Shown in pieces: positions 40,201 to 52,606 of a stretch of 64,000 nucleotides of DNA (positions are counted from its first letter, which is position 1; each line of letters starts with the position of its first letter). Where the stretch lies: assembly GCA_964057225.1 (NCBI GenBank), contig OZ059894.1, positions 17,422,001 through 17,486,000 of the forward strand, in the 5' to 3' direction. The notes beneath the pieces are model-generated. The model searched no databases. It was not told the DNA's origin and saw nothing but the letters and a program-made list of their open reading frames with translations. The translations under genes were made by a program, and so were the position numbers. Origin of the DNA: Auanema rhodensis (taxonomy: Eukaryota > Animalia > Nematoda).

Positions 40201-40567
40201 AATATGTATATAAATCAAAAAAAAGAATCTCTCAATGAGATTCATATAAGATCTTAAAACTTTAAAAGGAATAAACTAGATTCTTTGTTGTTAAAAACAA
40301 CAGAATTAACTATTAGATATGGATGAGGAATAACTGTTGAAGGCAAATGAGATTGGATGAGAAAGAGAAACTGTGAGGAGGATAACCAGATTTCAACATG
40401 AATAACTTGTGGTAATGCCATTGTGCAGAAACAGCTTAAAAGAATAGTCGTTTTAAAACTTGTATAAGTTTTGCTTTCATTTAAAAACTTTAAGATTAAT
40501 TATTTTTGATCTACTTATAAGAAAGAAACAAGATAATAGAAATGAGAAGAATTTGTTATTAATCTCA

Positions 40568-40632
40568 TAATAATAATAATAATAATAATTAATTATAATT
40601 AATTATAATTAATTATAATTAATTATAAATTA
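40568..40632. repeat. (TAA)n followed by tandem copies of the palindromic decamer AATTATAATT
   Basis: Directly visible, 100% AT. Confidence 0.85.
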
Positions 40633-43258
40633 TTATAGTTTAATCTAACTATATATGTATAAACAATATATAAATAATATATTTTAATAAACAAATATCC
40701 AAACAGGTACATATGTATTGTCTATACATTGCTATGAGGTGTGACGACCAAAGAAATCATACTTATAACTTGCTTTATCTTGAATATGTCTTTTTACATA
40801 TATTTATATATATGTTATTATGATTAAACCTGTATTTATTCAAAATATTTTTCTGTTTACAAGTATATTTATATGTATATATTCTTTCTAATAAGATTTT
40901 ATGTGAAAATACATACATATATACATATCAATCTATAAATCTATCTATTTATATTATAATTAGTTATAATAAAATAATTATTAGGGAACAGTTATAAAAA
41001 ATATTTTTAATATTCATTATAATCGAAAAACATATACATATATGTATTAAGATTGACTTTAAATATTATTTTTTCCATATATTATAGATATAAGCACCGT
41101 TTTCAAGATCAATTCAAAAGTTCTTTCACTGCTATGTCGAATCACTCTTTGTTTTTCAATCGCCTTTCTCTTAAAGTTTTTCTAATATCTAGAACTTGTT
41201 TGAAATATGTATGTATATGTACATTTTAGCCTTATCTTCACCTATCTCGTCTCAATTCTAAACACTACTTTTACATTTTGCAGCGTTTATCCTTTAACCA
41301 CTTCTAAAAATCTTTTCGATTCCTTCGTTCTCAAACATTCAACCTAATCACCCATTCCTTCTACTAATGCTACCCTAACCATTTCTATGATCTAACAAAC
41401 CATTAAGTCCTGTTCTTCTCTCTCTTTCTCTCTCAATCTCATGAATTTCAGTGTTTATCGTAGTTTATCGAGCATGCTTCTATCTCACTTCTTTCATTTC
41501 AAGACAATTAAAAAGGATATAGAAATAAGAATGAGATGTTGAAATCATAGAAACTGATAGGAATACATAACGTCGTTAACCTGAGACAAGAAAATCTAAA
41601 CATATTATTCTTGTATATCAAATTAACTTTTATTTAAAAAAAAAAGAAAGAAAAAGATATTTATATACTTTTATAATTTAAAAAGAAATAATTAATGAAT
41701 TATGTATTTGAATTATAAAAAAATAAATTTATGAGAAAAGAAGTTAAATAAGGAAATAGAGATGTTCTTTCGAAAGATATTTTATAATCAAACTTATATA
41801 AACTGCAAGACGGGAATATTTTTAATAAAAAAAGAAACACAAAAAAACGAAATGATTGAATATCATTCATTTCTCAAACAGACAAGAATATTCTCATAAG
41901 TGCAGATAAAGCTTGAAGCAATATAGCTTTATCATTAAACATTATATGAGATCTCATGATTAATAGCTAAATAGAGGTGATAATAACAAGATTTTTTTCA
42001 TAACTCTCCGTTTTTTCATGATAATGGTGATTGAAGCAGAAAATGTTTATAATGAGAAGGAAAAAGTTTGATAGACAAGATTCTGATTGGACACACCCGA
42101 GCTTGCTTGCCATCCTCAGCGGGATATCATATGTATTGATATCGGCTTTTCCTTTATGATTTTCAAATTTTTATCCAAAAATAGATCAGAAAAGTAGAAA
42201 GATATTATGAATATGAAACTAAAACTCTAATATAAATTAGAAATAAATATAATAACTACCAAAGTAAGATCACCGTCAATGATTAGTCCTCTTGGTCAAA
42301 AAAAACTTTTTAAATGAGCGAAAGATAAGAGTAAAAACATGTTTTTTCTAAGAACAACAAGCTAGGAACTTGAGATTTAATAAAGAAAAGATGAAAAGTA
42401 AATATGAATTGAACTAGCAATCATAGTTTTTCTACGTAATATCTGATATTAATTGAATAATATAGAAGAAACTAGTAGAAACTAAGTATTTAGAATCATA
42501 GTATATCATATAAAGCATAGTTAATCCATATATGCAATGCAAATGAACTGAGATCTATATAAATTTGTGAAAAAAATCGTAAAATCAGATTTGTTTCAGT
42601 TTGGGTCTGATTGCCCTTTGGTATGTAAAGCACGAACTTTCTAGAAACAGGTTGCTGAGCCCTTGGCAAAGGTATGGAACTGACCGCCAAAAGACCCGAT
42701 CCTTCTATGATGTTGGAAGGAGTCCGAAAAGCAGAGGTCTGAGATGGGATAGAACGACGGAGAGGTTGGATATAAACGAGAGAAAGAAGCAAGGAGTGCT
42801 ATGGAAGGAGGGGGGGGGGTGGTGATTTCGATGACTTGATCACCATCAGTTTCAACAAGCTATGGATTGAAAAAGAGAAAGAGATATAGAGGTAATGGAG
42901 GAGAGAAAAGAAAAGAATGACTTCATCTAGTTGTTCTGTTATCATTACGATGTCTAATGAAGATGATGACTACATGAACAACAATTTCAAAGCTCGATTA
43001 TCTTTTTCCAGATGGTAATGAACATACACAGAGATCAGGTGTAGAAATAATTTTATGGCTAATCGCAAAATTATAAATATGTATGTATGTATATATACAT
43101 TGTTATAGAAAGATGAATGATAACACAGATATTTTTCAAAATCATAGATGATAATGGTGAAAAACATTGTGATTAAACAACATAATTAATGCTAATGATA
43201 AATTTTTATAAAAGTTTTCAAGTTTTATTCAGCAAATTCCTCATTATATGAAGCTTGA

Positions 43259-44881
43259 TTATGCTGCAGATTTTGTTTCAATGTGTGAAAAACTGTAGAT
43301 GATTTCATGACTGTAAATTTGATCTGGACTAATTGCAATTGATGGAAAATTGCTCTGAAATTGAAGAATATTTATTGAAATATTGAAAAAACAGATATTT
43401 TTCTTAAAGAAAATACTGAATAAACTTACATAGTTCACGGCAGCTGTGTGATATTGAGGCTCGATGGCTAAGCCAGCATTAGCACAGTAAACTTGGTTCT
43501 TCTTTCCAATCGTATTCAGATATTTGCCTCCGTATAGGTGAATGACCGGATACGAGGATGATATATTGAGCTGAATGCCGGATTTTGCCGATTTAAGGCT
43601 GTAAGTTTCAGAGATTAGACGGAAAACTATAAGAATGTGATGCAAACCACAAGATGCTATTTCCAGGAATTCGTGTACGATCTACAACAAGATCATGATC
43701 AACATCCACAACACCGTTTTCATCAACTAATTCAGATAAAAGCTTTTCACTTGAAAAGTCTAAATGTGTCCCTTTTAGCATTAATTGAGCTCCTAAATAT
43801 AGAAAAACTGAAATTTTCGAAAAGCAAGTCTCAGCAAGTACCGTACCTGTTGGGCAACAACTATCATCTATTGGTAAATATTCATGAGCATTCACTCGTA
43901 ATGAATGATCACGAATTGTTTCCTAAATGAATATCAATGTTATTTTTTTAATTTTTAAAAAATAAAATTTACACTTCCATCTAAATTCCAATAAGAATGG
44001 TTTGTTAGATTTAACACTCCAGCCTTTTTACAAGTTGCAAAATGTTCCACAACTAATTGATTACGATCATTGATTGTATACGTGACCTGTAAATTTTTTG
44101 TTTAAAATGAGACATTTATCCTAAAATCGAAATGAGCCATGAAATGAAAAAAAAAAGGTTTTTTTTAACACAAAGGACCTCAATGGTAGCATCACCAGGT
44201 AGATTATCAATACTTTCATCAATTTCAATTCGAAATGTACAGGATGTATTACTGCATCGAGCAATTTCCCATTCTTTCTGGAAGTAAAAAAAGGAATTTT
44301 AAACAAAAAAAATGTAAATTTTCCATTTAATCGTACCAATGCAATACCATTTTGACCACTATGCAAGAAGTGTGGAGGATTGTTGATGGGCAGATTATAT
44401 TCTTTTCCTTGAAAAGTAAAATGACCATTTCGAATTCTATTACATACACGTCCAACTGTTCGTCCCAAATAAGCAACATCCTTGTGATAACCTAAATTGA
44501 TAGAAATTATAATAAAAGAAGTAAATGAAATAATATTTATATTAAAAATTACTTTTAAAAAAAAACAATATAATTTAAATATAAATCTATACATAAAATT
44601 AATCGATTTTTCAAAATAGATTATCAAACTTTTAGAAGCTTATTGATAATAAATATTTATTTAATATTAAAATTATAACATAATTGTATTAAAAATCAAA
44701 GATAAATCATTAAATTAAAAAAATAAAAGAACTTACTTGATTTCGAATCAAAACCAAGTACACAATCAACTATATTTCCTTGGATATCCGGAAATAAAAC
44801 AGATACCAATGTAGCTCCATATGATGAAAGTTTTACAGATAATCCTTCATCATTACATAATTCAATGAAATTATCTTTCAT
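43259..44881 (-). CDS. galM: Aldose 1-epimerase (galactose mutarotase), multi-exon
   Basis: Spliced motifs SSYGATLVSVLFPD, DCVLGFD, YLGRTVGRVCNRIRNG, NNPPHFLHSG, DNLPGD, LNLTNHSYWNLDG, YLPIDD, DVDHD, HLYGGKYL, GLAIEPQ and NFPSI. Confidence 0.94.
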
Positions 44882-45779
44882 TCTTTATATTTTAATTTTC
44901 TAAAATAATTTTTATTTGTTTTTATTCTGAAAATTGAAAGAATTTAATTATAAAATATACAAATTTAAATTTTAAAAAATAATAAAAGAAAGAAAAAAAA
45001 TATTTTTATATTATTAAATAAAGTATTTTCATATCAAATAATATTAGTAAAGTACAAAACAAAAAAATCAATAAATTCATTTACAAAAAAAAATTGTATT
45101 ATACATGTTCATAGTATACATACATATATCATGTTATCATTAATTATAAATTTTATTTATTTTAGATTGATTATTATGAAAATTTATCTTTAAAAATAAT
45201 TTTAATTTTAATTTTTAAATATTATTAAATATAAATATATATAATTTGAAAATACTATATTCATATAAGATTGAAGTGTGTATCACAATACCTGGAACAC
45301 ATACTATTTCACGTGGCTGATATTTGCAAATTGATAAGAATGTTTCCTTTGTTATGTTTTTCAGAAAGTCAATTAACCAATTTGAATCATTTTTAGAATT
45401 TTGGTTATTATGTTGTTTGATTTTCCATTAGATATCTGGAATTTTTCCCTAAAGTATCAATGTACTTCCAAGATATAACTTTAAGCTTCTTGTTTTTCAG
45501 AAAATGATGTATAACCCCTTTGGTATGATCTATATGATAACTTTTCAAGTTTAGTTGGAACATTTGTCGTTTTCATAAAGCTTGTTATCCAATAGCCAAT
45601 GACATCAACATACATCGTCTTGTCTTCAGCTACAAAACCATGACATTAAACTCTGTGATATAGGTGAAAGGAATTGATGAAAACAGATTCCAAAGAATGA
45701 AGCCGACAGGGCGACGAGATTTACACACAGGTAGGAAAACATAGATTCTTTATTCCATCATTCCAAAGGTAGAGAATAT

Positions 45780-45788
<9 letters not shown>

Positions 45789-45846
<58 letters not shown>
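45789..45846. repeat. (GA)n microsatellite
   Basis: Perfect run. Confidence 0.97.
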
Positions 45847-45850
<4 letters not shown>

Positions 45851-46065
45851 TAACCGTATGACTACAAAGAATATAGATAGAAAATCGTAACCCCAATTTC
45901 AAAAATGCGCTCAGTAGTGCTGCTGATGTGCCTGTATGTCTTCTATGTGTATGTGTCTTTCCTTATCTGGGTCAGTAGGCAAGATGAAGATGTTAGATGT
46001 ACAGAAGAGGACTACGAGCCAGCTACTAAGGCTAGCGCTAGCCGGTCGAATCATCTCATCACCTC

Positions 46066-46068
<3 letters not shown>

Positions 46069-46131
<63 letters not shown>
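46069..46131. repeat. (CT)n microsatellite
   Basis: Perfect run. Confidence 0.97.
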
Positions 46132-46136
<5 letters not shown>

Positions 46137-47685
46137 CATATTTTTTATATTTCTATCCCTTTCCATCTACAGGGCTATATCATCTGTTCCTGTGTTTTCT
46201 CTATCAGTAATGATTTTCGCTTAGTCTTACCAATTCGGTTTACCTTCCTCATCCCTCTAACTTTACTTGTCTCTATAAAAAGAAGAAGAAAAACGATGAT
46301 GATTTCTTTCTATCTTACTTTGTCGTCGTTTTCTCAGTTAAATCAGAGCTACGGATAGTAAAGAGACTGTCTCTGCGGGCCTTGACCGCGAAAAAACGGT
46401 CATCATGATGGGTGAAAGCGCATCAAATACCAGATGGACATACATGGATCACTAGCTATTCCAGACAGTTTTAATCCCTATTCAAAACTTTAAGCTTATT
46501 CAAGCGTAACCAGTAGTTGATGCAAAATATTTATTTTACAAACTTTATTTTATAAAAATGAAACACAGAAAAATACCAAAATCTGAATGATTTCCGAAAA
46601 AAAACTCGATCCAACAATATTTGGATTTGTAAAAAGATTTCAGGTTAAACCTACAAATGAAACGATTTGAAATGCCCATTACAAATTATTTAATGGATTT
46701 ATTCTTTTGATAAAATGAAATTTAAAATAAAAATGTTTCATTTTCTTTGTAAAAGAGAAAAAACTTTCTGTGTTTATTGCTATCATCTACATATCATCTT
46801 AATATAAGAGTAGTATAAAGAAATGGATCAGTTTAAGTAGTGTTTTACCTACAAAATTCTTAGGAAATAAAAAAAATCGGAAGTTATCGTATTCACATTT
46901 CAATCATTAACTACTTTTAATGCACTTTTTGTTCTTTAACAACTGAAGACAAAAAAATAGTGAGAGATTGAAAAGAAAGAGAGTAATCGTGAGACATAAG
47001 ATCAACAACGAAAGAGTTGAGTAGAGATGAAGAAGACGTTCCAAAATCGGTCTACATTATTTCGATGTGAAGATGTCGTTGTCCATCGTCTTTTTGACAA
47101 TGTTCATGGCCGTATCAGCTTATCTCTGCTGACCTCCTCTTCTACAACGTTGTCGCCATCGTTGAATTTATCCGAGCATGATGACAACAACGTAGATGTC
47201 AATGGAGTAGGAGTACCACTGCATCATCATCAGCGTTATATCATTGGGGGGATTACAGTTTAGTTTACAATGATAGTTTTCAATGACTGGGTGTTCAACA
47301 TCGGAAAATGATGAAAGAGGAAAATGTGTCAATTATCAGTTGTTGATTGGTGTCTTGGCCAAAGTCAATGTTACTTTTTTCCAAAAAAATGATTGAAATG
47401 CAGGTCGTCCTATCAACTGAAACTTGTATTCTGTTCATGATTTCATCTTCTTCTAAACTAATTATTATAGAAATTTTAAGAAAAAATTTGCAATCTTTTG
47501 CAAGCCGGAATCATTTTTTCCTAATTTAAAATCTAAAAACTTCATAAGAAAATACATAGAAAAACAACAAATTATATGAATAAAGAGAAGAAAACAGAAA
47601 AAGAAACTCAGCTTGATTTCATTAAAACGATGTTTTCCTTTTACGTAAAATTAATCCGTTACCTCGCTTTTTAATCAAATTCATA

Positions 47686-47755
47686 TAAGATTTTTAAGAT
47701 TTTGATTTAAGATTTAAAATTTAAAATTTGAGATTGAAGATTTAAGATTTGAGAT
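47686..47755. repeat. Degenerate ~7-bp tandem repeat (TAAGATT/TAAAATT/TGAGATT)
   Basis: taagatttttaagattttgatttaagatttaaaatttaaaatttgagattgaagatttaagatttgagat. Confidence 0.65.
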
Positions 47756-47994
47756 ATAACTATAATATTTATTTATTTTATTCTAAATATTAGAAAATTA
47801 CTGTAATTGTTGATACCAGATTCATGTTGACTTATCAACGTATTCTAATGAAGTTTGCGTTAAATTTCCGACAATGATCTTAAAAACTTGGGATTTTCTC
47901 ATAAACGGTTTAATGTATTCTGAATGACTATTTGATTTCATTTTGTAACCTTTCCTCTTCTTTGTAATTTCCATCATTACGCTTGAAAAGTGCA

Positions 47995-49726
47995 TTAGCT
48001 AGGTCACAAATACCTAGGTATGTGGGAGGGTGAAATTGTGATATCTTCCAGCCTTCTGTGAAACTAGGTCGATGCTGCTGCCGTCTCAGCCAAAGGCGGG
48101 AGAGGTTGTTCCATCAGAAATTTGTCGCATTTTCACATTTGTCTTCATACCAGACACTCTGTTACTCAATACCTTATCTGACAGTGTGAGATTGTCAACA
48201 CATTCCAAAGTCTTGATTTGTAACGTCGCCATCATCTTAATCCATTATGGAATTTACTTCTTTATTTTTTCATGGTTGTTCTTGCTTGCGATTCCTTCAA
48301 ACCCTCTGCTAAGCTTCAAAGTGTTTGATCTGCTTAAAACAAACTTTGTCATGTTGAAATCGTTGATATTCTCTTAATAGATTTGATGATGCTTTGAATT
48401 CAATCGTTCTAAGCAATTTTTCAGCTCTATAGAAGGGTAATGGGCGTGAATACTTAAGGGTCAGACAGCTAGTACAACCCATCAATAGCAACGACGGTGA
48501 TACGATTGCTGATTCGACCTAGATTATTTTGGAAAAATCTCTGTCAACAGATCAACAAATCACATTTTCTTCTTTCCACATTCTTTATTTCTCTTCAGTG
48601 AGCTCTGTGATTCCAATCGAGGCTTCTCCAATTGTCTGAATCATCATCCAAAAAACCTGTACATTCCCGTACATTTCGTTAATTTTTATCCTTCCTGTTC
48701 CATACCACCTTACTTGTGCTTAGCTACTAGCCCAATATCTCATTCAATTTTCTTGAAAACCTATTTCTTCTTAATCACTTCTTATTTTTTCTAATTGATC
48801 GTCCTTAAGTGACCAAAAAATACTTTTTTTGTCCGAAATTTAGCTCATCTTGATAGAAATCTTCACCGGAACCCACAAATGTTTTTCGGCTTTCTCGAAC
48901 TATTCCCATTTCTCTTATATTTCGCAATAGATTCATTTAACTTAAATCTCGAATTCAGTGTATCTCGATTCCACGTCGAGGTTTCCAAGTGCGACTCCGC
49001 GACGTGGAATTCATACGATCCCGTCAAAGCTTCATTCTTAGATTATCTGGCGAACTCTTCGTCTTCTTTATTTCCTCTTCAAGTGCGTTCAATGATTTTC
49101 AGTTGTATGCTCCCTCTTTCAAGCCCGAAAGATCCGTCTTGAATTGAAAGCTGTTTTTCAATGCTAAATATTTCTCTTATCATTTTGAAGACAATTGGGA
49201 TCATTGTTTTAAAACAAAAAAAAATGAGAGAAGATCGCTAAGGTTTCGTAACAGTGACCTAGTTGACTAATTTGCGATACACATAAGATATACTGACAGT
49301 TCTTTCATTTTTGTCATTTTGACCTTGTATAAGTGAGATAAGCTTCTCTAGCTTATTCGCATGATTTAATCATTCTAGTTAATATAACTTTAATAAGAAA
49401 TTTATGAGGAAATAATACAGTTTTACGATTTTCTAGATACATACTCATGAATTGTAGAAAGATTATATTACTTTTAACTATTCTGTTCATAAATAGCAAT
49501 TAGTAAACATAAATTATATATTTTTAAATAAAATAGTTTAAAACATATAGTTTAAATCAAGTTTGTAAGCAACTTGGTGAAATTTTTAAACGACGAACAT
49601 TAATATTTTTTTAAAATAATATTTCATCATGATTTCTTGTTAATTCATCTAGTTTGTCCTTAGTGACCTACAATTGCTTATCTAAGATTTTTTTGTTTCT
49701 CTCTCTTTCTCTCGTTCATTTTCTTA

Positions 49727-49807
<81 letters not shown>

Positions 49808-52465
49808 TCTCGGAATGTTACCGACGTATTAATCTTTCTTGATCTGAACCAGCCGATTCACCAGAGTTTAGCTTACCTATGTATATTTATATATGATATG
49901 CTGTAACTAGACAAGAAATGATCCTCATTATCAAACAAGACAAAAAGAAATTTGTCAATTAATTTCCTTGTTAAAGAGATTGAAATGAATAATTTCTTGA
50001 AGAATATTGTCATTGTTCACATCATCGTTTGACGAAGATTAAGATGATAATGCTGTTTGCGCATTCAACTTATAAAGAAGACACCCAAGTGACTCATGAA
50101 GCTGTCGATACCATTTGTTGAGACAGTACATAGCTCTGTATTTTTCGTTCTGATGCTGTTCTCTTGCATGGTTGACATCATCACCATCAGAATTTTAAAG
50201 ATTAGAGTCTCACCGAGAGGTTGTGTGTGGGCTAAAGAAATCTAGCGCCAGTAAGTTGGTTATGCTAGGGTCAAGGCTGCCATAGCCGGTTAGATCTTTT
50301 CCAGATAACAAACACCTCGCTGGCTAGATCATATCCTTATCTTCTTATTTGGAACTATGTTCTCCGTTATGTATATGGATCATTTAAAACAATTCTCTTT
50401 TTATAGCTGTGTATTATCTATCATCCCTCGTTCTAATATCTCTTGTATTATTATCTCTCTCTCTCTGTCTCTTCCTCTCAATCATCTTGTGGATGTCCTT
50501 ATTCTTATTCTCTCCATATCTTCTTTCATTACCTTTTCTTCCAAAATAATAAAAATAAAGAAACATCAGTTATAGAGATTGAGAGAAAGACAGTAGCCAA
50601 GACTAAACATGACCTTTTCTCTTATACCGTAAAGGACAGCCGACTGATCCTGGAACATATCTTCCAGACCCAACTCTTTCCTCACTCTCAATCACTATTT
50701 CTCATCTCTTTCTCTTTCTCTCTGTTTCTCTTTCTCTCAAAAATTTCTCAACCGAGTGGCATTGTATCAGTCAGTCGTGCTGGTCCGCCGTCCACGGAGC
50801 CGGTCCTCTGGCCGGACCATTCTACTTGTTTCAGTTCGTCATTTAGCATCTTAACCAGTTTGACCCTCCAGTTATTGCTATTTGCATTTGAGACAGCTTT
50901 TAGATGACGTTACAGACAAATCGTATGAATCTTCAGATTCAATACTAATCCCATCCCGTATGGTCATGCATCAAAACTTTTATTCTGAACGCGTCATCCT
51001 TCATTTGTTTCTTACACATCTTCAGATGTTTCTGATGCGCTCATCCTCTTTTCTTCAAACTGTCGTTCTCTCTACAACGATCTCATTTGTGTCACTTTTG
51101 TCACCTCCGGAATCGCTTTGACGCGCTCCAATTAGTCTTCTCAGACGACTTCAACCTATAACTCTTGTATGCTTTCCCTCTCAGTTTCTGTCATCCGATA
51201 CAGAAACAATATCTATGAATGAAAATTAACGCAAAAAAACTTCTTTTCTCAATTCACAGTGTTTGTTGTATTCTAGACTGACCAGCTTAGAAGGTATACT
51301 TGTTGTCCACAGAAGGTTGAATTCAATTAAACCGTCTTACATGACGTCGTCATATCTAGATGATCCAGACACGACTATAACCTCTAATCTTGTAGAACTA
51401 AAAAAATGTTTTAAATCAGGCTTTAACTTGAACAAACTTTTTCATTCATGATCCTGCTTACATTTTCTCTGATAGTTCAGCCAGCGTACATGCTGTCAGC
51501 AATCGTACATGAAGAATGTTCGCTGAGTTAGCTCATCTAGCATTCTGAATTCCTATTGTTTTCGATAAACGTTTAACATTACTATTATCATTTTATATCA
51601 AAATTTAGATTATATACTAGCAATAAGCTTATTATAACAATTTGCCGAACATTATAAAAGATATTTGTGTAGCCTCATTTCCTTCTAAGGGCATGACATA
51701 CATTCAACCGTAATATTCTTTCTCGTTTCTCGCTTATTCATGCTCTTCACCTGTCTTCATCGTTGACTATTTTGAAAGAACATCACAGTTTTTAGTTTTT
51801 TTTTCTGTTGAAAAAACGTGTTCATATACATATGTATATCCTCAACAACTCATCTTGTCTCTTACTCTCTATTGCTAAGTTCTACTATACTAGTCATCGT
51901 CAATTCTTTTGAATAATTCTTTACTTCCTATTTACCTCATTGTTTCTTTCTATACTCTATACCAATTATAATCTTTTTTTTTCTCTTTCATTCATATTAG
52001 GGAACGGTCTAATAATTTTCTTCGTTCGTTCGAGGTCTCCTTCCTTAAATCTTCAGAACATTTGTCTTTTCATTATCTTTTATTCATTATCTTTAGTTTT
52101 ATAACCTTGGACATTCTATTCTTCAATTTTGAACACATCGCTCTATTACTCTATTTCACAAGTCTTATCTACCACAAAAACAAAAAAAAATTTTCCCCGT
52201 CTATCCGTCTGATCTTGACATCTTCGTCAATTTTTCTTGGCTAAACTCCCCCTTTTTTTTGGAAAAAATTAACACTTTCGCAATGTATTCATCTCACATA
52301 TTTTTTTGAAGAAAAAAAACCCAAAAAGAAAGGGAGAACGATAAAGAGAAACTCTCCCTCTGGTTCTGACCCGTAGCCCATAGCCCAAATTGCTTCGAAA
52401 ATTGTCTTCTATTTGAGTTTTCTAAAGTACCAGGTCATGTTTGGTACAATAGTAGTTTGACCCTG
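47995..52465. promoter_or_regulatory. Putative mlt-11 upstream regulatory region with RORE-like (NHR-23-type) nuclear receptor sites
   Basis: TAGCTAGGTCA 47996-48006, AAACTAGGTCG 48061-48071, TGACCTAGTTG 49255-49265, TGACCTACAAT 49664-49674, plus further RGGTCA/TGACCY half-sites near 49320, 50268, 50610, 50862, 52367, 52432 and 52458. Confidence 0.5.
49731..49802. repeat. (CT)n microsatellite
   Basis: Perfect run. Confidence 0.97.
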
Positions 52466-52606
52466 TATCTTCTACCAAGCTTTTCTACTTTATATTTTAA
52501 AATAATTTTTCTGAAATTAGTTCTTGAATGTTATTTTTTGTTTTTTTTTTCTCTTCAATATTACTCTCTTGTTCATTTATTTTTATTTTTAGTTTCAGAT
52601 CCACAC

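Noticed and set aside
42496-42830. Short ORFs on both strands near a poly-G run
   Set aside because: No splice partners or protein motifs; more likely non-coding
50781-50819. GC-rich short hairpin TGGTCCG...CGGACCA
   Set aside because: Stem too short (7-9 bp) to support an ncRNA call
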